32,000 nucleotides of DNA from Phycisphaera mikurensis NBRC 102666. GTDB lineage: Bacteria; Planctomycetota; Phycisphaerae; Phycisphaerales; Phycisphaeraceae. The notes beneath the pieces are model-generated. The model searched no databases. It saw nothing but the letters and a program-made list of their open reading frames with translations, and had not been told where the DNA came from. The stretch spans positions 1,890,001 to 1,922,000 of the forward strand of contig NC_017080.1 in assembly GCF_000284115.1 (NCBI RefSeq), given 5' to 3'. The translations under genes were made by a program, and so were the position numbers. Shown here one piece after another: positions 8,994-17,313 of this stretch; positions within the stretch are counted from its first letter, which is position 1; each line of letters begins with the position of its first letter.

Positions 8994-10814
8994 TCAGTAG
9001 CGCTGCTCGGCGAGCGGCACGTACTGCTCCGTCGGGGGGTTGAGGCCCGTCTTCGTGACGTCGACGTTCTTGAACCGCTTGTCGACGAAGGCGTAGCCCT
9101 TGCGGTTGAAGAGGAAGGTGTAGGGCTGGTCCTCGTGCAGGATGCGGTGCACGCGGTGCCACATCGCGGTGCGCTCGGCCTCGTCGACGGTGACGCGGGC
9201 CTCGTCGATCAGCGCGTCGAGCTCCTCGTTGCGGTAGCTGACGTAGTTGCTTCCGCCGTCGGCGATGGAGTCGGAGTGGAAGATCTGCTTGGGGTCGCTC
9301 TCGATCGAGCCGCCCCAGGCGAGCGTGATCGCGTCGAAGTCGCGGTCGTTGATGCGGTTGATCATCGTGTTGAACTCGAGGGGCTCGAGCTCGACCTGGA
9401 TCCCGGCCCGCGCGAGTGCATCCTTGATGTAGCCGGCCTGCAGCTGCGTGGTCGGGCTGCCGGCGCCGTAGATGAAGGTGAAGGTGAAGGGCACGCCTCC
9501 GGCGTCCTCCAGCACGCCGTCGCCGTCGCGGTCCTCGAAGCCCGCCTCGGCGAGAAGCGTCTTCGCCCGCTGCGGGTCGTGCCGCCAGGCTTCGAGCTGC
9601 GGGTCGGCCTGGTCGGTGCCGGCGCTGAAGGGGCCGTTGATGACGTCGACGGTGCCGGCCATCAGCTGGCTGGCCATCTCCTCGCGATCGAGCAGCAGCG
9701 TCAGCGCCTGCCGCACCCGTCTGTCGGCGAAGCGTGTCGGCTCGCCGCCGCGCTGCTGGTTCCAGCCGATGTAGCTGAAGCCGCTGGAGACGTCCGTGAT
9801 CTCGAGGAACTCCGCCTTCTCGTTGAGGTCCGCGTCGTCCCGCAGCCGCGCCAGCTGCTCGGGGCGGACGGCGTAGCTGTCGATCTCGCCGTTGCGGAAG
9901 GCGACCAGCTCGGCCGCGTCCTCGCTGATGACCCGCCACACGATGCGGTCGAGCGTGGGCGTGGGCCCCCAGTAGTTCTCGTTGCGGACCAGCTCCACCG
10001 AGGGTCCGGGTTGCCAATCTTCGGGGTCGCCCTCGAGCCGGTAGGGCCCGCTGCCGTAGAGCAAGCCGAGCCCCTCGTTGAACTCCTCGGCCGTGAACCT
10101 GCCGTACCAGTCCTTGGAGAGGATCCCGAAGCCACCGGTGAAGCTCAGCGCTTGGAAGTAGGGCTCGCTGAGCGTGAACACGACGCGGTGCGGCCCCTCG
10201 GCCACCGCGCCCTCGACGACCTCGTAGTACGTCTTCAGGGCCGGGTTGTTGATCTTCGGATCCTTGATCAGGTTCAGCGTGTAGACGACGTCTTCGGACG
10301 TGAGCGGGCTTCCGTCGGAGAAGCACACGTCGGTCCGCAGGTCGTAGGCGATCGTGAGGCCGTCGTCGGAGATCGTCCAGCCGGTCGCGATCAGCGGCTC
10401 GAAGGCGAGCGTCTCGGGATTGCGCTGGATCAACCCCTCCAGAACGAGCGCCTCGACCCGACGCTGATAACCATCGGTCTGCACGACCGGCGTGAGCTTG
10501 CCGATCTGCTGGGGGATGGAGGAGACGCGCCAATCGCCGGGGGCGTAGTCGGGGTTGTCGCGGACCGAAAGGATCCGCCCGAAGGCGGGATTGGTTTCGG
10601 CGGTCTCGGCCGCCGCGGCGGTTCGCGGCGCGGGACGCTCCCGCAGCCCGTCGCTCAGCCGGACCAGCGCCTCGGACTGCCGCGCCAGGTTCGCATCGAT
10701 CGCCCGGAGCGTCTCGTGCTGCCGGTCGAACATCACCATCGCCAGCGCGATGAGCCCGAGGACGAGCACGAGCAGGACGGTGTGGACGATCGGGAGGAGG
10801 CCGGTGCGCTGCAT
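8994..10814 (-). CDS. ABC-type peptide/oligopeptide solute-binding protein (SBP family 5), N-terminal TM anchored
   Basis: FEPLIATGWTISDDGLTIAYDLRTDVCFSDGSPLTSEDVVYTLNLIKDPK...VRQALTLLLDREEM...AKTLLAEAGFEDRDGDGVLED; N-terminal hydrophobic helix LPIVHTVLLVLVLGLIALAMVMF. Confidence 0.9.
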   Translation of the reverse strand: MQRTGLLPIVHTVLLVLVLGLIALAMVMFDRQHETLRAIDANLARQSEALVRLSDGLRERPAPRTAAAAETAETNPAFGRILSVRDNPDYAPGDWRVSSIPQQIGKLTPVVQTDGYQRRVEALVLEGLIQRNPETLAFEPLIATGWTISDDGLTIAYDLRTDVCFSDGSPLTSEDVVYTLNLIKDPKINNPALKTYYEVVEGAVAEGPHRVVFTLSEPYFQALSFTGGFGILSKDWYGRFTAEEFNEGLGLLYGSGPYRLEGDPEDWQPGPSVELVRNENYWGPTPTLDRIVWRVISEDAAELVAFRNGEIDSYAVRPEQLARLRDDADLNEKAEFLEITDVSSGFSYIGWNQQRGGEPTRFADRRVRQALTLLLDREEMASQLMAGTVDVINGPFSAGTDQADPQLEAWRHDPQRAKTLLAEAGFEDRDGDGVLEDAGGVPFTFTFIYGAGSPTTQLQAGYIKDALARAGIQVELEPLEFNTMINRINDRDFDAITLAWGGSIESDPKQIFHSDSIADGGSNYVSYRNEELDALIDEARVTVDEAERTAMWHRVHRILHEDQPYTFLFNRKGYAFVDKRFKNVDVTKTGLNPPTEQYVPLAEQRY

Positions 10815-10926
10815 CGGCTCAGGGTAAAAAGTGATCCCGGGCGATTGGCACGGCGTGCTTCCCGCGCCTCCCGTGCGCCGGAGACCCTGCGGTCCATCGC
10901 CGATGAGGCCGGTGCGTGCCCGCGGT

Positions 10927-12468
10927 TCAGCCCCGCGCCGGCGGACGCGGCATGGGGCCGCGGGCCGCCTCGAGCATCGCGGCGGCTCGGAGCAGTCGCA
11001 GCTCCCCGAAGGCGGGGCCGATGAGCTGCACGCCCACCGGCAGCTCGGGCGCGTCCTCCTCCGCGGGCGCCAGCCCGGTCGGGACGCTGATCCCGGCGAT
11101 GCCGGCGAGGTTGGCGTTGACCGTGTAGATGTCGTTGAGGTACATCGACAGCGGGTCGTCGGTCTTCTCGCCGAGCTTGAAGGCGGTGCCGGTGGTCGTC
11201 GGGCACAGCAGCACGTCGCAGCCGCCGCCGCTGGCGGCGGGCGGCTCGAAGCCGCCGGTGCCGAAGACGCGGTGGAAGTCGTTGGCGATGAGGCGGCGGA
11301 CCCGCAGCGCCCGCTCGTAGAGCGCGTCGTGGTAGCCCGACGAGAGCGCGTACGTCCCGAGCATGATGCGCCGCTTCACCTCGTCGCCGAAGGCCTCGCC
11401 GCGGCTGTCTCGCGTCATCGCGTCGAGCCCGCTCGTGCGCTCCGGGCTGCGGTGCCCGAAGTGCACGCCGTCGTAGCGGGCCAGGTTGGAGCTGACCTCG
11501 GCGGTCATCAGCACGTAGTACGTGGGGATCCCGAAGCGGCTGTGGGGCAGGTCGACCTCCACCAGCTCGGCCCCCGCGTCCCGGAACCAGCCCATCGCCC
11601 GCTCGACCGCGCGCTGCACCGCCGGGTGGTTCGCCTCGGCGTCGAGGTACTGCCTCGGCAAGCCGACGCGGAGGCCCCGGATCGGCCGGTGGATCGCCTC
11701 GGCGTCGGCGAGCTCCGGTTCCACCGGCAGCGGGGCGGTGGTGGCGTCGAGCGGGTCGTCGCCCGCCATCACCGACAGCAGCAACGCGGCGTCGGCGACC
11801 GTCCGGGTGAAGGGGCCGACCTGGTCGAGCGAGCTGGCGCAGGCGACCAGCCCGTGGCGGCTGATCCGCCCGTAGGTCGGCTTGAGCCCGACGACGCCGC
11901 ACAGCGCCGCCGGCTGCCGGATCGAGCCGCCGGTGTCGGTGCCCAGCGCGGCGGAGCAGAGCCCCGCCGCCAGGGCGACCGCCGAGCCGCCGGAGCTGCC
12001 CCCGGGCACGCGGGCCGTGTCCCACGGGTTCAGGCTCGGGCCGTAGGCGGAGGTTTCCGTCGACGAACCGAGCGCGAACTCGTCCATGTTGCACGTGCCG
12101 ACGACGATGGCGCCGGCCGCCTCCAACCGCGCGAGGCAGGTCGCCGAGAAGGGCGAGCGATGCCCTCTGAGCATCCGGGACCCGCAGGCGGTTGTGCCGC
12201 CGTCGTAGCAGAGCACGTCCTTGCTCGCGATGGGGACGCCCGCGAGCGGCCCGCTCCGCTCGCCGCGGTCGACGGCCTCCGCCCGCGCGAGCGCGGCCTC
12301 GGCGTAGACCTCCCGGTAGGCGTTGAGCTCCGGGTTCGCCGCGCCGATGCGGCCGAGCAGCGCCGCGACGCCCTCCCGCGCCGAGGCGCCCGCCGCGATC
12401 GCGTCGCGGAGCCCGATCACGCTGTCCGCGGGCGCGGCGTCGGGTGGCGTTGCGTCCTGCGTCATCAT
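10927..12468 (-). CDS. gatA: Asp-tRNA(Asn)/Glu-tRNA(Gln) amidotransferase subunit A
   Basis: LAGVPIASKDVLCYDGGTTACGSRML...VGTCNMDEFALGSSTETSAYGPSLNPWDTARVPGGSSGGSAVALAAGLCSAALGTDTGGSIRQPAALCGVVGLKPTYG (amidase signature). Start set at MMTQDAT rather than the ORF-track start at 12555. Confidence 0.96.
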   Translation of the reverse strand: MMTQDATPPDAAPADSVIGLRDAIAAGASAREGVAALLGRIGAANPELNAYREVYAEAALARAEAVDRGERSGPLAGVPIASKDVLCYDGGTTACGSRMLRGHRSPFSATCLARLEAAGAIVVGTCNMDEFALGSSTETSAYGPSLNPWDTARVPGGSSGGSAVALAAGLCSAALGTDTGGSIRQPAALCGVVGLKPTYGRISRHGLVACASSLDQVGPFTRTVADAALLLSVMAGDDPLDATTAPLPVEPELADAEAIHRPIRGLRVGLPRQYLDAEANHPAVQRAVERAMGWFRDAGAELVEVDLPHSRFGIPTYYVLMTAEVSSNLARYDGVHFGHRSPERTSGLDAMTRDSRGEAFGDEVKRRIMLGTYALSSGYHDALYERALRVRRLIANDFHRVFGTGGFEPPAASGGGCDVLLCPTTTGTAFKLGEKTDDPLSMYLNDIYTVNANLAGIAGISVPTGLAPAEEDAPELPVGVQLIGPAFGELRLLRAAAMLEAARGPMPRPPARG

Positions 12469-12472
12469 CGAT

Positions 12473-12781
12473 TCAGGCGGAGCCGCCGCCGCCGAGCACG
12501 CGGGGCACGGTGAAGTACGGGCCCGCCTTGGCCGGGGCGTTGGCCAGCGCAACATCCGGCCCCAAGCCCAGCGCGGGGGCCTGCGGCACCGCGTCCTCCC
12601 GGAAGACGTTGCGCAGGGCCATCGGCCGCGGCATCGGTTCGACGCCCTCCACCTCGGCTTCGCCGAGCTGGTCGATGTGCGCCACGATGCCCGCGAGCTG
12701 GTGGGCGAATTGTTCCGCCTCCCGCTCGGTGAGCCTGAGCTTCGCGAGCTTCGCCACGTGCAGGACTTCCGCGGTGGTCAC
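12473..12781 (-). CDS. gatC: Asp/Glu-tRNA amidotransferase subunit C; GTG start preferred over the TTG-started ORF end at 12913
   Basis: VTTAEVLHVAKLAKLRLTEREAEQFAHQLAGIVAHIDQLGEAEVEGVEPMPRPMALRNVFREDAVPQ...AGPYFTVPRVLGGG, 4 nt upstream of gatA. Confidence 0.88.
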   Translation of the reverse strand: MTTAEVLHVAKLAKLRLTEREAEQFAHQLAGIVAHIDQLGEAEVEGVEPMPRPMALRNVFREDAVPQAPALGLGPDVALANAPAKAGPYFTVPRVLGGGGSA

Positions 12782-12929
12782 CCTCTGCGGCGGGCCCGGG
12801 GCGGAGCCCCCGTCCGGAGCTTCGGGGGCCTCTGGATGGTCGGAAGCGGCTTCGCTCAAGGGTGGACGGTCGGGCTGGCGGATCGGGCTTGGGGGCCGGC
12901 GGGCCGCCGGCAAGCGGCCGACAGGCGGC

Positions 12930-13565
12930 TCAGTATTCCGACTCGACGTTCGCTTCCTTGGGCACGTAGAAGTTGAAGCGCGGACCTTCGTCCTCTCCCT
13001 CCGCCTCGTCTTCCTCGACGACCTCCTCTTCGGGGGCGTCGCTCTTGACGTTGAGCTTGATCTCGCACTTCAGGTCGCGGTTGATCACGATCGGCACGTC
13101 GTAGGTGTCGACCCGCTTGGCGACCTGGCCGAGCCGCACGTAGCGGTCCTCGATGGCGAAGCCCTCCTCGCGGAGCATCTCCGCGACCTCGTGCTGCGTG
13201 ATGCCGCCGAAGAGCACGCCCTGGTCGTTGGTCGAGCGCTCCACCGTCAGCTCGTGCCCGTCGAGCTTGGCGATCATGGCCTCCTGCTCGCCGCGGATCC
13301 GCTTCTGCTCGGCCTCGGCTTCGGCCCGCTGGCCGGCGAGCTCCTCGATCTTCTCCTGCGTCGGCACCTCGGCGATCCCGCGGGGCAGCAGGTAGTTGCG
13401 GGCGAAGCCCGCCTTGACGCGGACGACGTCGCCGACGATGCCCACGTTCTCGAGCGTCTCGAGCATGAGGAGGTCGTGCTGGCGGCCGCGCGTCGCGGGC
13501 TGTTGGTGCCCGGAGCGGGGCTTGCCGGTGCGGGTCTGGGTGTGGTCGGTGCGGCGGTTGGCCAT
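12930..13565 (-). CDS. rplI: Ribosomal protein bL9 with basic N-terminal and acidic C-terminal extensions
   Basis: MLETLENVGIVGDVVRVKAGFARNYLLPRGIAEVPT core; GAGG Shine-Dalgarno-like motif about 9 nt before the ATG at 13565. Confidence 0.93.
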   Translation of the reverse strand: MANRRTDHTQTRTGKPRSGHQQPATRGRQHDLLMLETLENVGIVGDVVRVKAGFARNYLLPRGIAEVPTQEKIEELAGQRAEAEAEQKRIRGEQEAMIAKLDGHELTVERSTNDQGVLFGGITQHEVAEMLREEGFAIEDRYVRLGQVAKRVDTYDVPIVINRDLKCEIKLNVKSDAPEEEVVEEDEAEGEDEGPRFNFYVPKEANVESEY

Positions 13566-13759
13566 GGTTCGTGTCCTCGTGAGTGAGTTAGACGCCGCGC
13601 CGGGCCGGCACGGTCGTCAGGATCGGGGTAGCGGCGGAGGCTAGCAAAGCTTCACGCCGAGCGTGAGCCACGCCGCGAGCACACGCCCGCGGGCATCGAT
13701 CGCCGCGTCCCGCGCGTTGGCGTCGCGGCCCGCCGGAGCACGCTGGCGACATACCCGCG

Positions 13760-14272
13760 TCAGAACGGGATGTCGTCTTCGTCGATCGCTTCGTGCACCG
13801 GGCCGGGCGAGGCGTCCTGGTAGTTCGTGCGGCTGCCACCGCCACCGCCACCGCCGCCACCGCCACCGCCGTACCCGCCACCGCTCTCGCGTGCTTGCGC
13901 CCCGCCACCTCCTCCACCGCCGCCGGCGTCGCCGTCGCGGCCGCCGACGAACTGGAAGTTGTCCACCACGACCGACAGCTTCGACCGCTTCTGGCCGGTG
14001 GTCTTGTCGTCCCACTGGCTGAAGCGCAGCTTGCCCTCGATGAAGAGCGGCCTGCCCTTGCCGACGTACTGCTGGATGACCTCCGCCGTGCGACCGAAGG
14101 CCTCGCAATCGATGAAGTTGGGCTTCTCCACCCACTGGTCCGTCTGCTTGTCCTTGTAGCGGTCGTTGACCGCGAGGCCGAAGCTGCAGACCGCCATGTT
14201 GCTGGGCAGGTGCCGCAGCTCGGGGTCGCGGGTGAGGTTGCCCAGAAGGATCACGCGGTTGAAGTTGGCCAT
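13760..14272 (-). CDS. ssb: Single-stranded DNA-binding protein
   Basis: MANFNRVILLGNLTRDPELRHLPSNMAVCSFGLAVNDRYKDK...; Gly-rich linker; acidic tip ending DEDDIPF. Confidence 0.96.
   Translation of the reverse strand: MANFNRVILLGNLTRDPELRHLPSNMAVCSFGLAVNDRYKDKQTDQWVEKPNFIDCEAFGRTAEVIQQYVGKGRPLFIEGKLRFSQWDDKTTGQKRSKLSVVVDNFQFVGGRDGDAGGGGGGGGAQARESGGGYGGGGGGGGGGGGSRTNYQDASPGPVHEAIDEDDIPF
13826..13935 (-). repeat. Poly-glycine coding microsatellite (CCACCG/CCGCCA units) in the ssb linker
   Basis: Two runs of consecutive Gly codons: GGGGGGGG and GGGGGGGGGGGG. Confidence 0.75.
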
Positions 14273-14516
14273 GATTGTGCTCGCAGGGTGGGTTCAGGGG
14301 AATGGTAACAGATCCCGACCATCTTGGCCGGTCCGCACCGAATGCAACGCGCAAAGATAGCAGGCAGCCGCCCCGGAGACCGCGGACCGCGGCTCGATCG
14401 AGCTCCAGGTGGGAACGGTCCGCGGGTCCCCCGCGCAGGCGGAGAATCCGGCTCGGCGGAAGCTCGCCAGAAGGTGCCGGGTGTGGCTGGACGCGGCGTG
14501 CAGCGCCGACCGGCGC

Positions 14517-14999
14517 TCAGGGCGTCGCGGCGCCCGGCGTCGCGGTCTCGACGGCCGCGGCACCCGCGGCAACGCCCGCCGCCGGGGCGTCCTCGGTCCG
14601 GGCTTCCTCGTTCTCCTCGGTCACCTCCGGCTCGGGCACGCCGGGGTTGACGTCCTTGCCGTCGCGGATCGCCTGCATCTCCTCGTCCCCGATGTGGTCG
14701 CAGCGGGTGAACATCACGCGGAGCACGTCCTCGGTGAGGTTGCACTCCCGCTCGATCTCGACGATCCGGCGCGGGTTCACGTGGAAGTACGTGATGATGA
14801 AGGTGCCACGCTTCTGGGCGTCGATGGGGTAGGCCAGCTTCCGGTCGTCCCAGCGGCGGAGCACGTCCACCTCGCCGTCGACCCGCTCGAGCATGCCGCG
14901 GATGAGATCGAGGCCGTTGTCGATGCCCTCGGCGAGGGCGTTCTGGCTGAGGAGAAACATGGCCTCGTAGAGGCGGCGATCGGGGCTGAGTTCGGGCAT
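14517..14999 (-). CDS. rpsF: Ribosomal protein bS6 with Ala/Glu-rich C-terminal extension
   Basis: MPELSPDRRLYEAMFLLSQNA...VLRRWDDRKLAYPIDAQKRGTFIITYFHVNPRRIVEIERECNLTEDVLRVMFTRCD. Confidence 0.92.
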   Translation of the reverse strand: MPELSPDRRLYEAMFLLSQNALAEGIDNGLDLIRGMLERVDGEVDVLRRWDDRKLAYPIDAQKRGTFIITYFHVNPRRIVEIERECNLTEDVLRVMFTRCDHIGDEEMQAIRDGKDVNPGVPEPEVTEENEEARTEDAPAAGVAAGAAAVETATPGAATP

Positions 15000-15032
15000 C
15001 GGGGCGTCGGGGTCCTGGGGTGCGGCCCGGTC

Positions 15033-15059
15033 GTTGCTGCCGGACCCACCGGCAGCAAC
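15033..15059. promoter_or_regulatory. Perfect 11-bp inverted repeat (GTTGCTGCCGG-acccа-like 5-nt loop-CCGGCAGCAAC) in the rpsF/acpS divergent region
   Basis: Arms 15033-15043 and 15049-15059, loop ACCCA; 34 nt upstream of the rpsF ATG. Confidence 0.55.
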
Positions 15060-15167
15060 ACGGAGCCGGCGTCGGACGCCGGCCGGGCCGCGAGAGCGAG
15101 GCGGGAGCCTATCGACCCGCCCGCTGGGCGGCAAGCGACGCCCCGTGGCGCCCCGTACTGTCGCGGC

Positions 15168-15671
15168 ATGCGGATCCTGGGCCACGGCATCGATCTGGTC
15201 TCGATCCCGCGGGTGGCCGAGCTGCTCGAGGCCCACCCCGCCCGCTTCCGTGAACGCTGCTTCACGCCGGCTGAGGCTTCCTACTGCGACGCCGGCGGCC
15301 GGCGCGGCCCGGAGCGCTACGCGGCCCGCTTCGCGGCCAAGGAGGCCGCGGTCAAGGCCTTGGGGACCGGCTTCCGCGGCGGCATCGCCTGGACCGATCT
15401 CGAGGTCACCCGCGACGCGGCGGGCCGGCCCGGTCTGCGGCTGTCGGGGGCGGCCGCTGCCGTCGCGCGGTCACGGGGGCTGGCAGAGTGGTGGCTGAGC
15501 CTCAGTCACACCGATGAACACGCCATGGCGAGCGTGATCGCCGGCGGCGGGGGGCCTGCGGGCTCCGGACCGGCGGCGATGGCGGCTGATACGATCGCCC
15601 CCGAAGCGTCGCGGAGCGTTTCCCGCGGCCGAGAGCAGGCGACGGAACCCACGACCGAAACCCTCCGATGA
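15168..15671 (+). CDS. acpS: Holo-[acyl-carrier-protein] synthase
   Basis: MRILGHGIDLVSIPRVAELLEAHPARFRERCFTPAEASYC...RYAARFAAKEAAVKALGTGFRGGIAWTDLEV...WWLSLSHTDEHAMASVIA. Confidence 0.95.
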   Translation: MRILGHGIDLVSIPRVAELLEAHPARFRERCFTPAEASYCDAGGRRGPERYAARFAAKEAAVKALGTGFRGGIAWTDLEVTRDAAGRPGLRLSGAAAAVARSRGLAEWWLSLSHTDEHAMASVIAGGGGPAGSGPAAMAADTIAPEASRSVSRGREQATEPTTETLR

Positions 15672-16837
15672 CGCGAAGGAACGCGACGAGCCGCCTGGAC
15701 GTGATGCGGCATCACCGGCCCGAGCCGGCGCCGATCCCCACGCAGCGGGGGGCGTCGAGCTTCACGCCGCCGGCCTTCCGCATCGGCGCCCGCGGCCTGC
15801 GGGCGGCGGCGGCGTTCGTCCGCCGCTTCGCCTCGGCGACGCGGCGGGGCCTGCTCGACGCCGCGGACCGCCCGGCCCCGCCGCGGCCGGCCGAGGAGCG
15901 TGGCGGGTCGCGGCCGGTCCGGGCGCAGGCTTCCCGCACACCGGAGCCGCAGCGTGTGTCCACACCGCAGAAGGAGCCGCAGGCAACGCCCGCGGCGCAG
16001 GTGATCGGGCGGATCGGCCCGGTGGAGCAGCCTCCCGCCCGACGCGCCGCCGGGCCGGAGCCAACGCCGCCGGCGGAGGGCCCGGGCCCGCTGGCCCGCG
16101 GGCTCGCCGCCGCACGCACCGCCTGGTCCGACCGCTTCGGCGAGGTCTGGTGGGTGGGGTCCACCGAGCCGCTCACGCTGCACCTGCCCCGCGGCGCGAC
16201 GGTCCTGGTGATGGCCGGCGTGGTCGGCATCATCGTGATGGCATTTGCGGTGGGGCGGAGGTCCGGCCGGGCCGACGCGGTGGTCGCCACGCCGCTGACC
16301 CCGGCCCAGCGCCTGCTGGCCACGCTCGAGCCGGCGTCCGACGCGCGGGGCGTGCCGGGCATCGACGCGGGGGGAAGCGTGCCCGGCGGAGCGGAGACGC
16401 CCGCCGGCGACGCCGGCCCCGAAGGTGTCCTGCAAGCCGGCACGCAGGAGGCGGACGGGCCCCGGCTGCAAGCCCGCTACGACGCCGGGTTGGACCCGCG
16501 CGTCGACGGCCGCAACTACCTCGTCTACATGACCGCGACGCGCAGCGAGTGCCTGCGCCTGGCCGATTTCCTCAACGAGCGGGGCGTGACCCCGATCGTG
16601 ATGCGATCCGGGCGTAGCGTGGAGACCGCCGACGGCGACGGCAAGCCGCTGGTGCTGCCGCTCTACTGGGTGGTGGACGTGGGGCAGGGCTTCTCCCGTG
16701 CCGAGTACGTGCGCGGCGAGCACCGCGCCTTCCACGAGGAGCGGATGGAGCTGGGGCGCGCCTGGAAGCGGCACAACGGCGGGCGGGGTTCGGACCTCTC
16801 CGACATGCAGTTCTACGCCTATCTCGCGGACTCCTGA
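15668..16837 (+). CDS. Single-TM hypothetical protein, Pro/Ala-rich linkers, SPOR-like C-terminal segment
   Basis: ATGA overlap with acpS; TM GATVLVMAGVVGIIVMAFAVG; C-terminal NYLVYMTATRSECLRLADFLNERGVTPIVMRSG. Confidence 0.75.
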   Translation: MTRRNATSRLDVMRHHRPEPAPIPTQRGASSFTPPAFRIGARGLRAAAAFVRRFASATRRGLLDAADRPAPPRPAEERGGSRPVRAQASRTPEPQRVSTPQKEPQATPAAQVIGRIGPVEQPPARRAAGPEPTPPAEGPGPLARGLAAARTAWSDRFGEVWWVGSTEPLTLHLPRGATVLVMAGVVGIIVMAFAVGRRSGRADAVVATPLTPAQRLLATLEPASDARGVPGIDAGGSVPGGAETPAGDAGPEGVLQAGTQEADGPRLQARYDAGLDPRVDGRNYLVYMTATRSECLRLADFLNERGVTPIVMRSGRSVETADGDGKPLVLPLYWVVDVGQGFSRAEYVRGEHRAFHEERMELGRAWKRHNGGRGSDLSDMQFYAYLADS

Positions 16838-16919
16838 ACGCGGAGGCAACCCGCGTTATCCTCTCCGCCCGCCGGTTGGCGTGGCCGGCTCCTCCGCCGC
16901 CGCGAAGCCGGGGGCACCG

Positions 16920-16952
16920 CGAACCCGAAGCGATCCCGAAGCGAACCCGAAG
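16920..16952. repeat. Three tandem 11-bp copies CGAACCCGAAG / CGATCCCGAAG / CGAACCCGAAG
   Basis: Read directly; ends 12 nt before the ATG of the small basic protein gene. Confidence 0.85.
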
Positions 16953-16964
16953 AAAGTCTCCATC

Positions 16965-17141
16965 ATGAGCCTCGACAGCTCCCTCAAGGCCGGTGGCGGC
17001 CTCAAGCGTCACCGCAACGTCCTCACCCGCCCCGAGCGGATCGAACTGCTCGCGAAGAAGGATGCCTTCGACAAGAAGCAAGGCGATCCGCTGGGCCTGC
17101 CCAAGGTCGGCAACCGCAAGCTGACGACCGGGAAGAAGTAG
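16965..17141 (+). CDS. 58-aa small basic protein of the PVC-superphylum family (Chlamydiae/Verrucomicrobia/Planctomycetes small basic protein)
   Basis: MSLDSSLKAGGGLKRHRNVLTRPERIELLAKKDAFDKKQGDPLGLPKVGNRKLTTGKK; RNVLxRxERIxxL and GLPKV pattern matches the family from memory. Confidence 0.8.
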   Translation: MSLDSSLKAGGGLKRHRNVLTRPERIELLAKKDAFDKKQGDPLGLPKVGNRKLTTGKK

Positions 17142-17313
17142 GCCGGGGCCACCGCCTCGACGCCGTGGCCGCGGGACCCGCGCGGAGAGGCTGACCCCCG
17201 GTCGCGTCCGGGCGGCTGTGGCGTGCCCCGACGCCTTCCGGGATCCGACGCCGCCGCCTTCGGCGTCACGCCGGGGCGGTGGCCCCGACCCACGGGTTTC
17301 CGCCGCCTCACCC

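Noticed and set aside
7375-9000. 541-aa plus-strand ORF opposite kdsA
   Set aside because: Antisense shadow of kdsA and its downstream gene.
9135-11024. 629-aa plus-strand ORF opposite the SBP gene
   Set aside because: Reads as complement of the SBP (e.g. LVDQRVELLVAVADV); no independent motifs.
10831-12513. 560-aa plus-strand ORF opposite gatA
   Set aside because: Antisense frame of a well-supported gatA.
12782-12913. Pro-rich N-terminal extension of GatC
   Set aside because: Would require a TTG start at 12913; the GTG at 12781 gives a standard-length GatC.
13826-13935. Non-coding microsatellite
   Set aside because: It is the in-frame poly-Gly linker of SSB, ending in the canonical DDIPF tip.
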